Shown here in pieces: positions 19,635 to 27,680 of a stretch of 32,000 bases of DNA. Below the pieces are notes generated by a model. That model made no database searches, was not told where the DNA came from, and worked only from the letters and a program-made list of their open reading frames with translations. The first letter of the stretch is position 1, and each line of letters starts with the position of its first letter. The translations under genes and the position numbers were made by a program. The stretch covers positions 240,001-272,000 of the forward strand of contig JASBSB010000001.1 in NCBI GenBank assembly GCA_030149205.1, read 5' to 3'. This stretch comes from Candidatus Heimdallarchaeota archaeon (GTDB lineage Archaea; Asgardarchaeota; Heimdallarchaeia; Heimdallarchaeales; Kariarchaeaceae).

Positions 19635-20648
19635 ATGACTTTACTTATTCGAATCTCCTGTGGTCATACTAATCTAGCGATTGTGGAGTTAAAAGCGTAT
19701 TTTAGAGACAAGCTAACATCCCTCGCATCTAATATTTTCCAAGTTGATGCGAATAAAGAGTTAGAAGAAAAATACCTTGACACCTCAGCTGGCTGTAAGA
19801 TAGGAGGCGATTTAATCTTTTTAGAAGAACCTCCTATTACTGAAGAGAAACTTTTGATAAGATGTGATGAATTTATTAAATCTAATCAATTATTTTTGGG
19901 TTCCACTTTCAGAGTCAGGGTTTACAAGAATGGAAATCTAGGATTCTCAATAAATAGGAACAGAATTGAAAGAAAAATTGGCTCCATAGTATTGAATCGT
20001 AACTCAAATGTATCTGTTAACCTATCAAATCCTGAATCTGAGGTAGGTGTGATAATTTGGGAAACAGGTTTTGGATTAATTTATACCAGGAATTGCCTTA
20101 GCGCTGGTGACTTCTCTGCTCGTTCACCAAAAGTATTTCCTTATTTTCGTGGTGGCGCAATAAAACCAAGAATTGCAAGATTTTTGGTGAACCTTCTATC
20201 TCCAGAGAATGACCAACTAATAATTGATCCATTTGCAGGTCATGGAGGATTACTTATAGAGCTTGCATCATTAGGAATTTCGAGCTTAGGTATTGAGCTA
20301 GATAGAAAAATTGTTAGAGAAGCACAGGTAAATCTGTTACAGGTAAGGGGATCCGAACTTACTATGATAATAATGGGAGACTCCCTCCACATGCCTCTAA
20401 GAAAATTGGGTGACCAAAAGTTTGTAACTGACCCACCTTACGCGATCCAAACCACGACCTCAGGAAGAGAACCAGCAGTACTATTCATGAAATGGTTACT
20501 TTCCCTTTCTCAGACATGTCAAATATCTTTCTCTTTACCAAATAATGTACTAGAACAATTACCCACTCCTTGGAAAGTTGTCCTTGAAGCTGAAGATTTT
20601 GTTCATAAAAATTTAACAAGAAGACTCAGGGTGATCACAAATGGATGA
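19635..20648 (+). CDS. trm11: THUMP-domain tRNA (guanine-10 N2) methyltransferase, Trm11/TrmG10 family
   Basis: FRVRV THUMP segment, PRIARFLVNL, IIDPFAGHGGLLIE (SAM binding), VTDPPY; adjacent to rnz. Confidence 0.82.
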   Translation: MTLLIRISCGHTNLAIVELKAYFRDKLTSLASNIFQVDANKELEEKYLDTSAGCKIGGDLIFLEEPPITEEKLLIRCDEFIKSNQLFLGSTFRVRVYKNGNLGFSINRNRIERKIGSIVLNRNSNVSVNLSNPESEVGVIIWETGFGLIYTRNCLSAGDFSARSPKVFPYFRGGAIKPRIARFLVNLLSPENDQLIIDPFAGHGGLLIELASLGISSLGIELDRKIVREAQVNLLQVRGSELTMIIMGDSLHMPLRKLGDQKFVTDPPYAIQTTTSGREPAVLFMKWLLSLSQTCQISFSLPNNVLEQLPTPWKVVLEAEDFVHKNLTRRLRVITNG

Positions 20649-21582
20649 CATATCGATAACATTTCTTGGGACAGGGGCTGCAATTCCTCCAACTGATAGA
20701 TTTCAATCATCAGTGGCGGTAAGACACAAATTTGGATTAACAATCTTTGATGTTGGAGAGGGAACTCAGTTTAATCTGAGAAAGTTTAATGTTCCAATAC
20801 GGAAAGAAATTGTAATAGCCATAAGCCATTTACACTCAGACCATTATCAGGGACTTCCAGGAATCTTAGCCTCATTAAGTATGTTAGAGAGAAGAGAAAA
20901 AGTTACGATTTTAGGGCCTCCAGGAGTTCATAGAGTCGTAAGAATGGTCTTGAAAACATTTTTCATTAATCCAACTTATGAATTAGAAATAGTTGAAATT
21001 GAACCTAATCAAACTTTTCGTGGAAAAGGATATGTCATTCATACAATCAAAGCCTTACATTTTAACAATTCTTTATCATATAAATGGCAAGAAAACAATC
21101 TTCCTGGGAAGTGGGACACGACAATACTAGAAAAATATAACGTTCCGAATAAACTCAGGAGGGAACTAAAGCTTGGAAACACGATTGAAGTAGGAGAGAT
21201 AAAAATAGCACCTGATCAGGTAATCGGTAAGGAAAGAATGGGGAGAACTATTATTTATTCAGGTGATACAAGACCTAACAATAACTTAGTGGAATTTGCC
21301 CGAGACGCCGATTTACTTATTCATGAGGGAACATATCCTTCAACGTTTGAGCAAATTGGACCTGATAGGGAACACTCAACAGTTAAACAAGCAGTTGAAA
21401 CAGCTATAAAATCAGGTGCTAAAAAATTGGCAGTTACGCATATTGGTACTAGGATATTAGATTTTGTTGAGGAAAAAAAAATTACCAAACAACATCAAGA
21501 TGCAGTAATTGTGCATGATGGAACAGTAATTACTTTACCCTTTTCATTAATTGCCTTAAAAAACAAAAAACCGGAAATATAA
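20641..21582 (+). CDS. rnz: Ribonuclease Z (tRNA 3' processing)
   Basis: FLGTGAAIP, FDVGEGTQ, SHLHSDH, exosite arm, YSGDTRP, LLIHEGT, HST, THI. Confidence 0.96.
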   Translation: MDDISITFLGTGAAIPPTDRFQSSVAVRHKFGLTIFDVGEGTQFNLRKFNVPIRKEIVIAISHLHSDHYQGLPGILASLSMLERREKVTILGPPGVHRVVRMVLKTFFINPTYELEIVEIEPNQTFRGKGYVIHTIKALHFNNSLSYKWQENNLPGKWDTTILEKYNVPNKLRRELKLGNTIEVGEIKIAPDQVIGKERMGRTIIYSGDTRPNNNLVEFARDADLLIHEGTYPSTFEQIGPDREHSTVKQAVETAIKSGAKKLAVTHIGTRILDFVEEKKITKQHQDAVIVHDGTVITLPFSLIALKNKKPEI

Positions 21583-21585
21583 CGA

Positions 21586-22779
21586 TTACTTTTCCTTAAG
21601 CTTAGATTTTAAAGCGTGTTCAACCCTTTCTTTGATAATGAGAGCAGGTATGTCATGCAAGGTTATATAAGAACGCCTCCCTCGTTTTCCTTCGCCTAAA
21701 GCTCTTACTTGAGCACTAACAATACCTAGGCGGGTTAATGTTTCTAAATACAGTCGAAACGACGCCTTAGCTTGTTTTGAGATACTAAATTCACTGCATG
21801 TTTCAAGATACTTAGCATATGCCTCGTTAATTGTTGTGTAGGCAATTCCAGTCCCAGAAGATAGAATTCTTGCAATTGCCAGAGCAACAATCAACTCATT
21901 TGGTTTTAAATCAGTAAAGACTTCAGGTCTCAATTCTGGATAAACTTCATTTTTGGCCGCTCTTACAAATTCTGGGTTTATTTGGGAAGCACCCTTTGAA
22001 TTTGCCATCATTCCACAACGTAACATAATTTCAATACCATGTCTTGCGTTGCCAGTTGCTGCTGCTATGTCAACAATCATCTCAAATACTTCTGGAGGAA
22101 CAACATTTGCAAAGAAACCCAACTTCCTTCTATATTCCAATATCTGTTCAAGTTGATCACGAGTGTATGGTTGTAAATTTAATTGGTCTTGCACTCTACC
22201 TGAAAGGTGTGCATCAAGCATAAGAGTCCAAGCTCTTCTTCTACTGATTATTATTAATGAAAGTCTACCGACACCTGGTTCAAAAAGTTCATTCATATGA
22301 ATAAAAGCCAATATATCTTCACCTCTTAGCATATCAGCTTCATCGATGATCAATACTATCCTTTTGTTCTCGCGTTTGAGCTTATTTGCCAACATTTCCA
22401 TTAATTCCTCATCACTAAATCCCCTACCCTGAATATGAAATCGATCAGTTGCTAACCGTCTAAGGATTGAAGTTTTGGTTCTAAAGGAATGACAGTTGAT
22501 ATAATGGGTCTCAAGACTAATTTTATTTGCAACAGAATAACTTTCTAAGTGTTTTGTCACATGTTTTGCCAGGGTTGTTTTACCTATCCCTGCATTTCCA
22601 ATTATTGCAATATTAACTGATACTGGTCTGAATGGGTCTAAGAGGATGGATAGTCCTTCTACGAGTCTTTGAGTTTCATCATCTCTGCAAGGTAATTCCT
22701 CAGGCACAAATTCGGGTGTTAGACTAAATCTATCTCGAAATACACTATCCCTATTATAATTATCAAAAAGATTCGACAT
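21586..22779 (-). CDS. cdc6: Orc1/Cdc6 replication initiator
   Basis: LTPEFVPEELPCRD, GNAGIGKT Walker A, YINC, IIDEAD Walker B, GNARHGI sensor II, C-terminal winged helix. Confidence 0.95.
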   Translation of the reverse strand: MSNLFDNYNRDSVFRDRFSLTPEFVPEELPCRDDETQRLVEGLSILLDPFRPVSVNIAIIGNAGIGKTTLAKHVTKHLESYSVANKISLETHYINCHSFRTKTSILRRLATDRFHIQGRGFSDEELMEMLANKLKRENKRIVLIIDEADMLRGEDILAFIHMNELFEPGVGRLSLIIISRRRAWTLMLDAHLSGRVQDQLNLQPYTRDQLEQILEYRRKLGFFANVVPPEVFEMIVDIAAATGNARHGIEIMLRCGMMANSKGASQINPEFVRAAKNEVYPELRPEVFTDLKPNELIVALAIARILSSGTGIAYTTINEAYAKYLETCSEFSISKQAKASFRLYLETLTRLGIVSAQVRALGEGKRGRRSYITLHDIPALIIKERVEHALKSKLKEK

Positions 22780-22804
22780 ATATTACAAATAAACTTACAC
22801 ATTC

Positions 22805-22812
22805 ATTATAAA
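22805..22812 (-). promoter_or_regulatory. Candidate TATA box for cdc6 (TTTATAAT on minus strand)
   Basis: 26 nt upstream of the ATG, consistent with a leaderless or short-leader archaeal promoter. Confidence 0.45.
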
Positions 22813-22894
22813 TAAGTATCGACAGAGAGTTCTAAAAGTGAATTAAAAGTAAATTGAAATGTTGTGTATTCCCTTATAATTGCAAATACATGAC

Positions 22895-24361
22895 TCAGAC
22901 TGAACTAGACTCAGGTATATTAGCGTTTTGATTTTCCATTTCACTCCCAATCAAGACGTCCTGAAGATTTTCGGTTTGGCTGCTTGGTTCATCAAGGAAA
23001 TATTTAATCTTTAGATATTTGGAAAGAGTGAGGTCTGTCGTCCTTAGGTCTTCACGTCCCAGGTCCCTTATGTTGTATTTCCCTAGACTTGAGATCAACA
23101 TCTTTGATTCTAGGGTGATTGTTTCTAAATACCTTTTGATGTAACTTTCAGACCTCCCAAGTAACCTTGATGTTAAAAATAAGAAAGAAGCAGTCAAACG
23201 ATTTTGTAAAAGGCCTTTAGACAAGACCTGTTCAGCAAAAGGATATGCATATGCTGAGAATACAATTGGTCTACCTAGAGCAACTGCATCTGCTCCCAAA
23301 GCCAGAGACTTGACAACATCCCCTCCATCTGTTATACAACCAGAGGTAATTAAACTTAGATGGGGAAATTGTTTCTTCTTCAATTCAAAAAGATTTAAAC
23401 TAGCTAATCTTGGCACCCCTAATGTCCTCATTACAACGGTAGGGCTCATCCCTGTACCTCCCTCTCTACCATCAACTGTGATTGCATCAGATTTGGCATT
23501 AGCGACAATATTAATTACCTCTCCAATATCTCTATAGGCTCCAGTCTTAAACCAAATTTTTAACCTTGGATAATCGTTTTTTAATTTTTTAATCCTGTTA
23601 AAAAGTATGTCTTCTGTGTAAATATCTGGAGCAGAATGCCTCTCGTAACTATCACATTCAACAGTCTCAGGGTCAGGTGTGATATGGTATTTCTCTTTCA
23701 TTTTTAAAGCCTGAGGCCTACTCACCAGTTTTTCTCCACCTAATCCTGCTTTTGCACCCTGACCTCCCTTTATTTCAAAGGCGATTCTCCCATCTTGGAT
23801 GAATTCATCAAATCTCTTGTCAGAATATATTCTGTTCCATAGCTCATCAGTGGCATCCTCCTCGTTCTGTTGAATCACCACACCACCAATGCCCTCTTGT
23901 TCAGCTTCAAAATATGTTAATATTCTTTCAACAAAACTTGGTTGTTGTTTTTTGATCCTTTGATCATAACCCCATGTGGATGCCACATTCTCACCTATTC
24001 CAATGATTAATCCTAAAGATGCAAATGTTCTGGCAGATGCTAGTGAGACCTGATTCCAAACATCAGGACTCCCCATTGAGGCTTGAATGAATGGACCAGT
24101 CGTTTCAAACCCTCCAATAACTGATCTAAGGTCTACATCGGTGTAATCAGGCTCTCTAAAAATCAAATCAATGGATTTTGCAAGTCTATGAGGTGTAAAT
24201 TGTGGGGGAGCTAAGACAATTTTTTCTATATCTGAAGAATTTTTTAAACTAGAACCCCCATATACTGAAAGAGGATTCTGAGTGTTACGGTAAGGAAAGA
24301 TAGCTTTTCTTCCTAACCTAGCCTTCTGGATAATTTGTTTATAAGGGTAGCCATCTAACAT
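22895..24361 (-). CDS. FMN-binding glutamate synthase family protein (stand-alone GltB FMN/synthase domain)
   Basis: PFIQASMGS, GEN, FEIKGGQGAKAGLGG, HSAPDIY, VDGREGGTGMSP, DVVKSLALGADAV. I moved the start from 24436 to the ATG at 24361 because GAGGTG lies just upstream and the longer start overlaps asnA. Confidence 0.85.
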   Translation of the reverse strand: MLDGYPYKQIIQKARLGRKAIFPYRNTQNPLSVYGGSSLKNSSDIEKIVLAPPQFTPHRLAKSIDLIFREPDYTDVDLRSVIGGFETTGPFIQASMGSPDVWNQVSLASARTFASLGLIIGIGENVASTWGYDQRIKKQQPSFVERILTYFEAEQEGIGGVVIQQNEEDATDELWNRIYSDKRFDEFIQDGRIAFEIKGGQGAKAGLGGEKLVSRPQALKMKEKYHITPDPETVECDSYERHSAPDIYTEDILFNRIKKLKNDYPRLKIWFKTGAYRDIGEVINIVANAKSDAITVDGREGGTGMSPTVVMRTLGVPRLASLNLFELKKKQFPHLSLITSGCITDGGDVVKSLALGADAVALGRPIVFSAYAYPFAEQVLSKGLLQNRLTASFLFLTSRLLGRSESYIKRYLETITLESKMLISSLGKYNIRDLGREDLRTTDLTLSKYLKIKYFLDEPSSQTENLQDVLIGSEMENQNANIPESSSV

Positions 24362-24367
24362 AATCAA

Positions 24368-24373
24368 CACCTC
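24368..24373 (-). promoter_or_regulatory. Shine-Dalgarno (GAGGTG) overlapping the asnA stop codon
   Basis: Minus strand reads CCT-TGA-GGTGTTGATT-ATG, suggesting translational coupling of asnA and the GltB-like gene. Confidence 0.6.
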
Positions 24374-25520
24374 AAGGATTATACATCCCTGGAACTTTAG
24401 GGTAAGGTAAAGCAAAGTAAACCTTAGGTAAACCACAGAAAAATCTTACCGTTCTTTCAAGACCGATACCAAAACCAGAGGTAGGTTCACCATGCATTTG
24501 AAGGAATTTAAGGTACCATTGATATTTTTTTAGGTTTTCCCCGCTCTCTTTCATCCTTGGTATCACCTTTTTATAATCAAACTCTCTGGCAGCACCAGAA
24601 ATCGCTTCTCCATAACCGTAGGGGAAGATCAAGTCAAAATCCATTAAATACCCAGGTTTTTGAGGGTATTCTCGATCATAAAATCCTCTTGCACCCCTTG
24701 GATAATCATGAATAAAGAAGGGTTCTTTGAACATTGAAGAGAGCAACCACTCATATTCCCAATGAAGTTCAGTTTCTTTGCTTAATTTGTTGGGTTTGAT
24801 TCTAAAGAGACGCTGAATTACCCCACGAACATCCTTATCTTCAGAAAGTTTTACTTGAAGCATTTCTACTGCCTCTTCATGTGTAATTTTTTTGAAGGTA
24901 GACGGTACTTTTATTTCGGTAGGAAGATCAATAAGTCCTCTTTCTCTGCTAAATGGTCTAAAATAATCCCTGACTTCTGAAACTAACCCTGAATGGGGCT
25001 TAAGACCGCTATATATGCTTTTCACCAGAGATTCAGCAACATTCATCGCATCAAAATGGTCTGCATCAACCAGTTCTAGGTCAACTTGGACAAATTCTGA
25101 CAAATGCCTATCTGTACTTGCAGTTTCTAAAGGTTCCATTCTAAGATTGTCAGCAAAAAAGTATATTTTACCTGGATATCCTGAATGCTTACGTGAAATC
25201 GCAAGGTACTGCTTATATAAAATCGCACTGCTCATAAATTTATATGATTTCCCATAAAAATCTATTTCAACCTGCTTAGAACCTCTTGTACCAGGGTCTG
25301 TAACAGGTCCAATTAATGGCGGTTTAAATTCTAAGAATTCTTGAGAATCTAAGTTACCTCTGATTATTTTACTTATTTCACTGTATATTTGGTAAATTTG
25401 TTGAAACGGTTTTGTCTGCAAGAGTTGAAAAGAATCACTTTTGAAAAGTGCTTCTAATTCAGATAGTCCGGATTGAGAGGTATTTTGCATTATCATAATT
25501 TTTATTGTGTCACATGACAT
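24372..25520 (-). CDS. asnA: Archaeal asparagine synthetase A (AsnRS/AspRS catalytic-core paralogue without anticodon-binding domain)
   Basis: PLIGPVTDPG, SSAILYKQ, NLRME, RHLSEFVQVDLE, DYPRGARGFYD, GEAISGAARE, GFGIGLER. No N-terminal OB fold. Confidence 0.88.
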   Translation of the reverse strand: MSCDTIKIMIMQNTSQSGLSELEALFKSDSFQLLQTKPFQQIYQIYSEISKIIRGNLDSQEFLEFKPPLIGPVTDPGTRGSKQVEIDFYGKSYKFMSSAILYKQYLAISRKHSGYPGKIYFFADNLRMEPLETASTDRHLSEFVQVDLELVDADHFDAMNVAESLVKSIYSGLKPHSGLVSEVRDYFRPFSRERGLIDLPTEIKVPSTFKKITHEEAVEMLQVKLSEDKDVRGVIQRLFRIKPNKLSKETELHWEYEWLLSSMFKEPFFIHDYPRGARGFYDREYPQKPGYLMDFDLIFPYGYGEAISGAAREFDYKKVIPRMKESGENLKKYQWYLKFLQMHGEPTSGFGIGLERTVRFFCGLPKVYFALPYPKVPGMYNP

Positions 25521-25883
25521 TTAAATATTTTCCAATAGAATTTTAATTTTATTGAATTTTATCTGATATTTTCAAATAATTTTGATTTTATTCCAATGAA
25601 TTATCAATTCTAATCTTTTTTGTCTTATTCATCAGACTAAACTCCTGCATAATATAACGAATTTCGAACAACACCTGTAGTATAAAATCAAAATTCTGTA
25701 AATACACCTTATTGAAATTTTGGAATACCAACATAACATGAAATCTAACAAAATTCAACATTATCCTCAAAAAAAAGGATTTTTAGACTCTCTATATACA
25801 ATATTTTCATTTTTCTGAATAAATTTTTAGACATTTTCGTAAATTAACAAGATTTAAGAATTCAAACCTATTAAGACTATTTA

Positions 25884-26180
25884 GTGCTTGAGGAAAATCT
25901 AGGGTTTTACAGGGAACAGTTATCCAAATCACTTAGCAATTTCAAGATCATGAATGAGGTTGCAGCCAATATATTTCAAGCAAGAGCTATTTTTAAAGAT
26001 AAACTTGACCTGTTTTACCAAGCTTTCCCTGATTATGTCACTGCCTTGAACCAACTTCAATACTGTTTGCAGACTAATGTGATTTCAACTCAAGAATATC
26101 ATGAGATTGCAACAAGAATGCTCCTTAAAACTCTCAATTTGGAATATCCCCCAAAACCAAATCTGATTCTCAATTCCTAA
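25884..26180 (+). CDS. Small helical hypothetical protein
   Basis: 98-aa ORF with GTG start, not overlapping other genes, ending 2 nt from the convergent helicase stop; protein-like composition. Confidence 0.55.
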   Translation: MLEENLGFYREQLSKSLSNFKIMNEVAANIFQARAIFKDKLDLFYQAFPDYVTALNQLQYCLQTNVISTQEYHEIATRMLLKTLNLEYPPKPNLILNS

Positions 26181-26182
26181 AG

Positions 26183-27571
26183 TTACTGAACAATAATTTC
26201 TTTACTAGGAAAAATCTCAGTTGACCAAGGATAATGTTCCATAATTGATTTCAGTACAGAATCAGCTTTCTCAACTTCTTTTGTATCACTATATGTTAGT
26301 ATTAAGGCTTTGCCACCTCTAGTTCGTTTTAATTTTTGATAAACTGTCTTAGTGGTCCTAACTAAATCAAATATTATTAGTTGATCTGCTTCTGGAATAT
26401 CTAAATCCCTCTCTCCAACATTTGAAAGAATTGCCACCATTTTAGATTCTGACTTCCTAAAGGATTCAAGTAACTCATTTCTTTTCATTTGTGGCACTTT
26501 TCCAGTTATAACGACATTTGATATACCCAAATTTCCAATCAATTGACTCAACCGCTCACAGGTACTAATATAAGAACAGAGAATTACAGATTTATGTGCT
26601 TCTTCTATCAAGAATTTTGTTGCGTGAAACTTTCCTGTGAAAATATTAAGCCATTGACCAGTTAAATCGATTCCTGAAGCCTTGAGGTGATAAATAACTT
26701 TATCACCTGGAAATGCCCATAAATACTTTCTGACAAAGTATAATTTGGACAACTTATTTCTTTCATCTTCATCAATCCTAGGATCCAGATGTACTGCAAT
26801 ATTAGAGTTAGTAGAATTTTCCATTTGAGTTTTAATCATTGCTTTCACTTGAAGAATCTGTTCTTCTAATAATGCAGAGAAGGAGATGATTGAGGGATCA
26901 GTAACATTAACAACACTTATTTCAGTTTTAGTCACATGATTGAAAAAATCTGTATCTAAGATAGAGTCCATTGATATAAATTTAGTATTGGGAATTAACT
27001 TTAAAAGTGAGTCAAGATCTTTTCGTTGTGCTAACTGAAATTTGTCCAGTACAAAGTGGTCATCCCTCAAAGTACCACTCATACCTATTACAACCTGATG
27101 ATGAAGCATGTTAAATAAGCGGTTATAAGGAACTTTAAGATAGTTCTGGGTTGACATCCTTCGAACAATTTGATCTACTTCGTTAATTATGATGACATCA
27201 AATTTATTAAAGTCACTGTCATGATCCTTTATGGTGTTATAGAAGGTCTGAGGTAAAGAAAGAATGATTCGAGATTTTTCAATTATATGCCTTCTAAATT
27301 TTGTGGGAATATTACTAGTTAGAAGACCTATCAATTCATTTGGTAGATGTTTGGACAAATAAGTGAAAGTTTCGTGAAGGCTTGTTGAAGCCTGTAATAA
27401 AAGTAAAATTTTGTCTCCTTCCAAATCATCAACCAGTTTCGTTTGAAGAAATCGCTTTCCAGCTCCACAATCAAGCTCGATTATCACATTTGAACCAGAG
27501 CTTCTATACCCTATTGTTTTGTCTAAAATTTGTTGTTGGTATTGACGTGGTGTGAAGGAGCTTAGAGCCAT
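26183..27571 (-). CDS. Hef/Mph1/FANCM-like SF2 helicase with non-canonical motifs and no nuclease domain
   Basis: TPRQYQ Q-motif, LDCGAGKR, LSLPQT, INEVD, IGMSGT, NVVITG, VGERDLDIPEAD, QKLKRT. Confidence 0.8.
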   Translation of the reverse strand: MALSSFTPRQYQQQILDKTIGYRSSGSNVIIELDCGAGKRFLQTKLVDDLEGDKILLLLQASTSLHETFTYLSKHLPNELIGLLTSNIPTKFRRHIIEKSRIILSLPQTFYNTIKDHDSDFNKFDVIIINEVDQIVRRMSTQNYLKVPYNRLFNMLHHQVVIGMSGTLRDDHFVLDKFQLAQRKDLDSLLKLIPNTKFISMDSILDTDFFNHVTKTEISVVNVTDPSIISFSALLEEQILQVKAMIKTQMENSTNSNIAVHLDPRIDEDERNKLSKLYFVRKYLWAFPGDKVIYHLKASGIDLTGQWLNIFTGKFHATKFLIEEAHKSVILCSYISTCERLSQLIGNLGISNVVITGKVPQMKRNELLESFRKSESKMVAILSNVGERDLDIPEADQLIIFDLVRTTKTVYQKLKRTRGGKALILTYSDTKEVEKADSVLKSIMEHYPWSTEIFPSKEIIVQ

Positions 27572-27680
27572 AAGAGAAAATCTACAACATTAAATTAAAG
27601 CAATACAGACTGGGTTAAAAGTAAAATACATTGAATTTATCACAACAAAGCTTTTGAATAATGTTTGTCTTTAGCTACTT

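Noticed and set aside
22780-22894. Replication origin directly upstream of cdc6
   Set aside because: Only 115 bp, with no ORB-like TTCCAGTGGAA core or G-string; the downstream side has only a 3-bp gap.
22895-24436. Alternative call as type 2 IPP isomerase, and the longer start at 24436
   Set aside because: EIKGGQGAK is GltB-specific; the longer start overlaps asnA, while ATG 24361 has a good SD.
24372-25520. Alternative call as truncated AspRS/AsnRS pseudogene or EpmA
   Set aside because: The ORF is intact, follows the archaeal AsnA pattern (TDP, LYKQ, NLRME) and is coupled to a nitrogen-metabolism gene.
25588-25770. 60-aa minus-strand ORF in the AT-rich gap
   Set aside because: TTG start, no SD, F/I/N/K-biased composition expected from AT-rich non-coding DNA; cannot be supported, though a small protein is not excluded.
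25763-25780. ATCCT-N8-AGGAT inverted repeat
   Set aside because: A 5-bp stem is too weak to call a terminator or operator.
25521-25883. NrpR operator (GGAA-N6-TTCC) upstream of asnA
   Set aside because: I found no match by eye.
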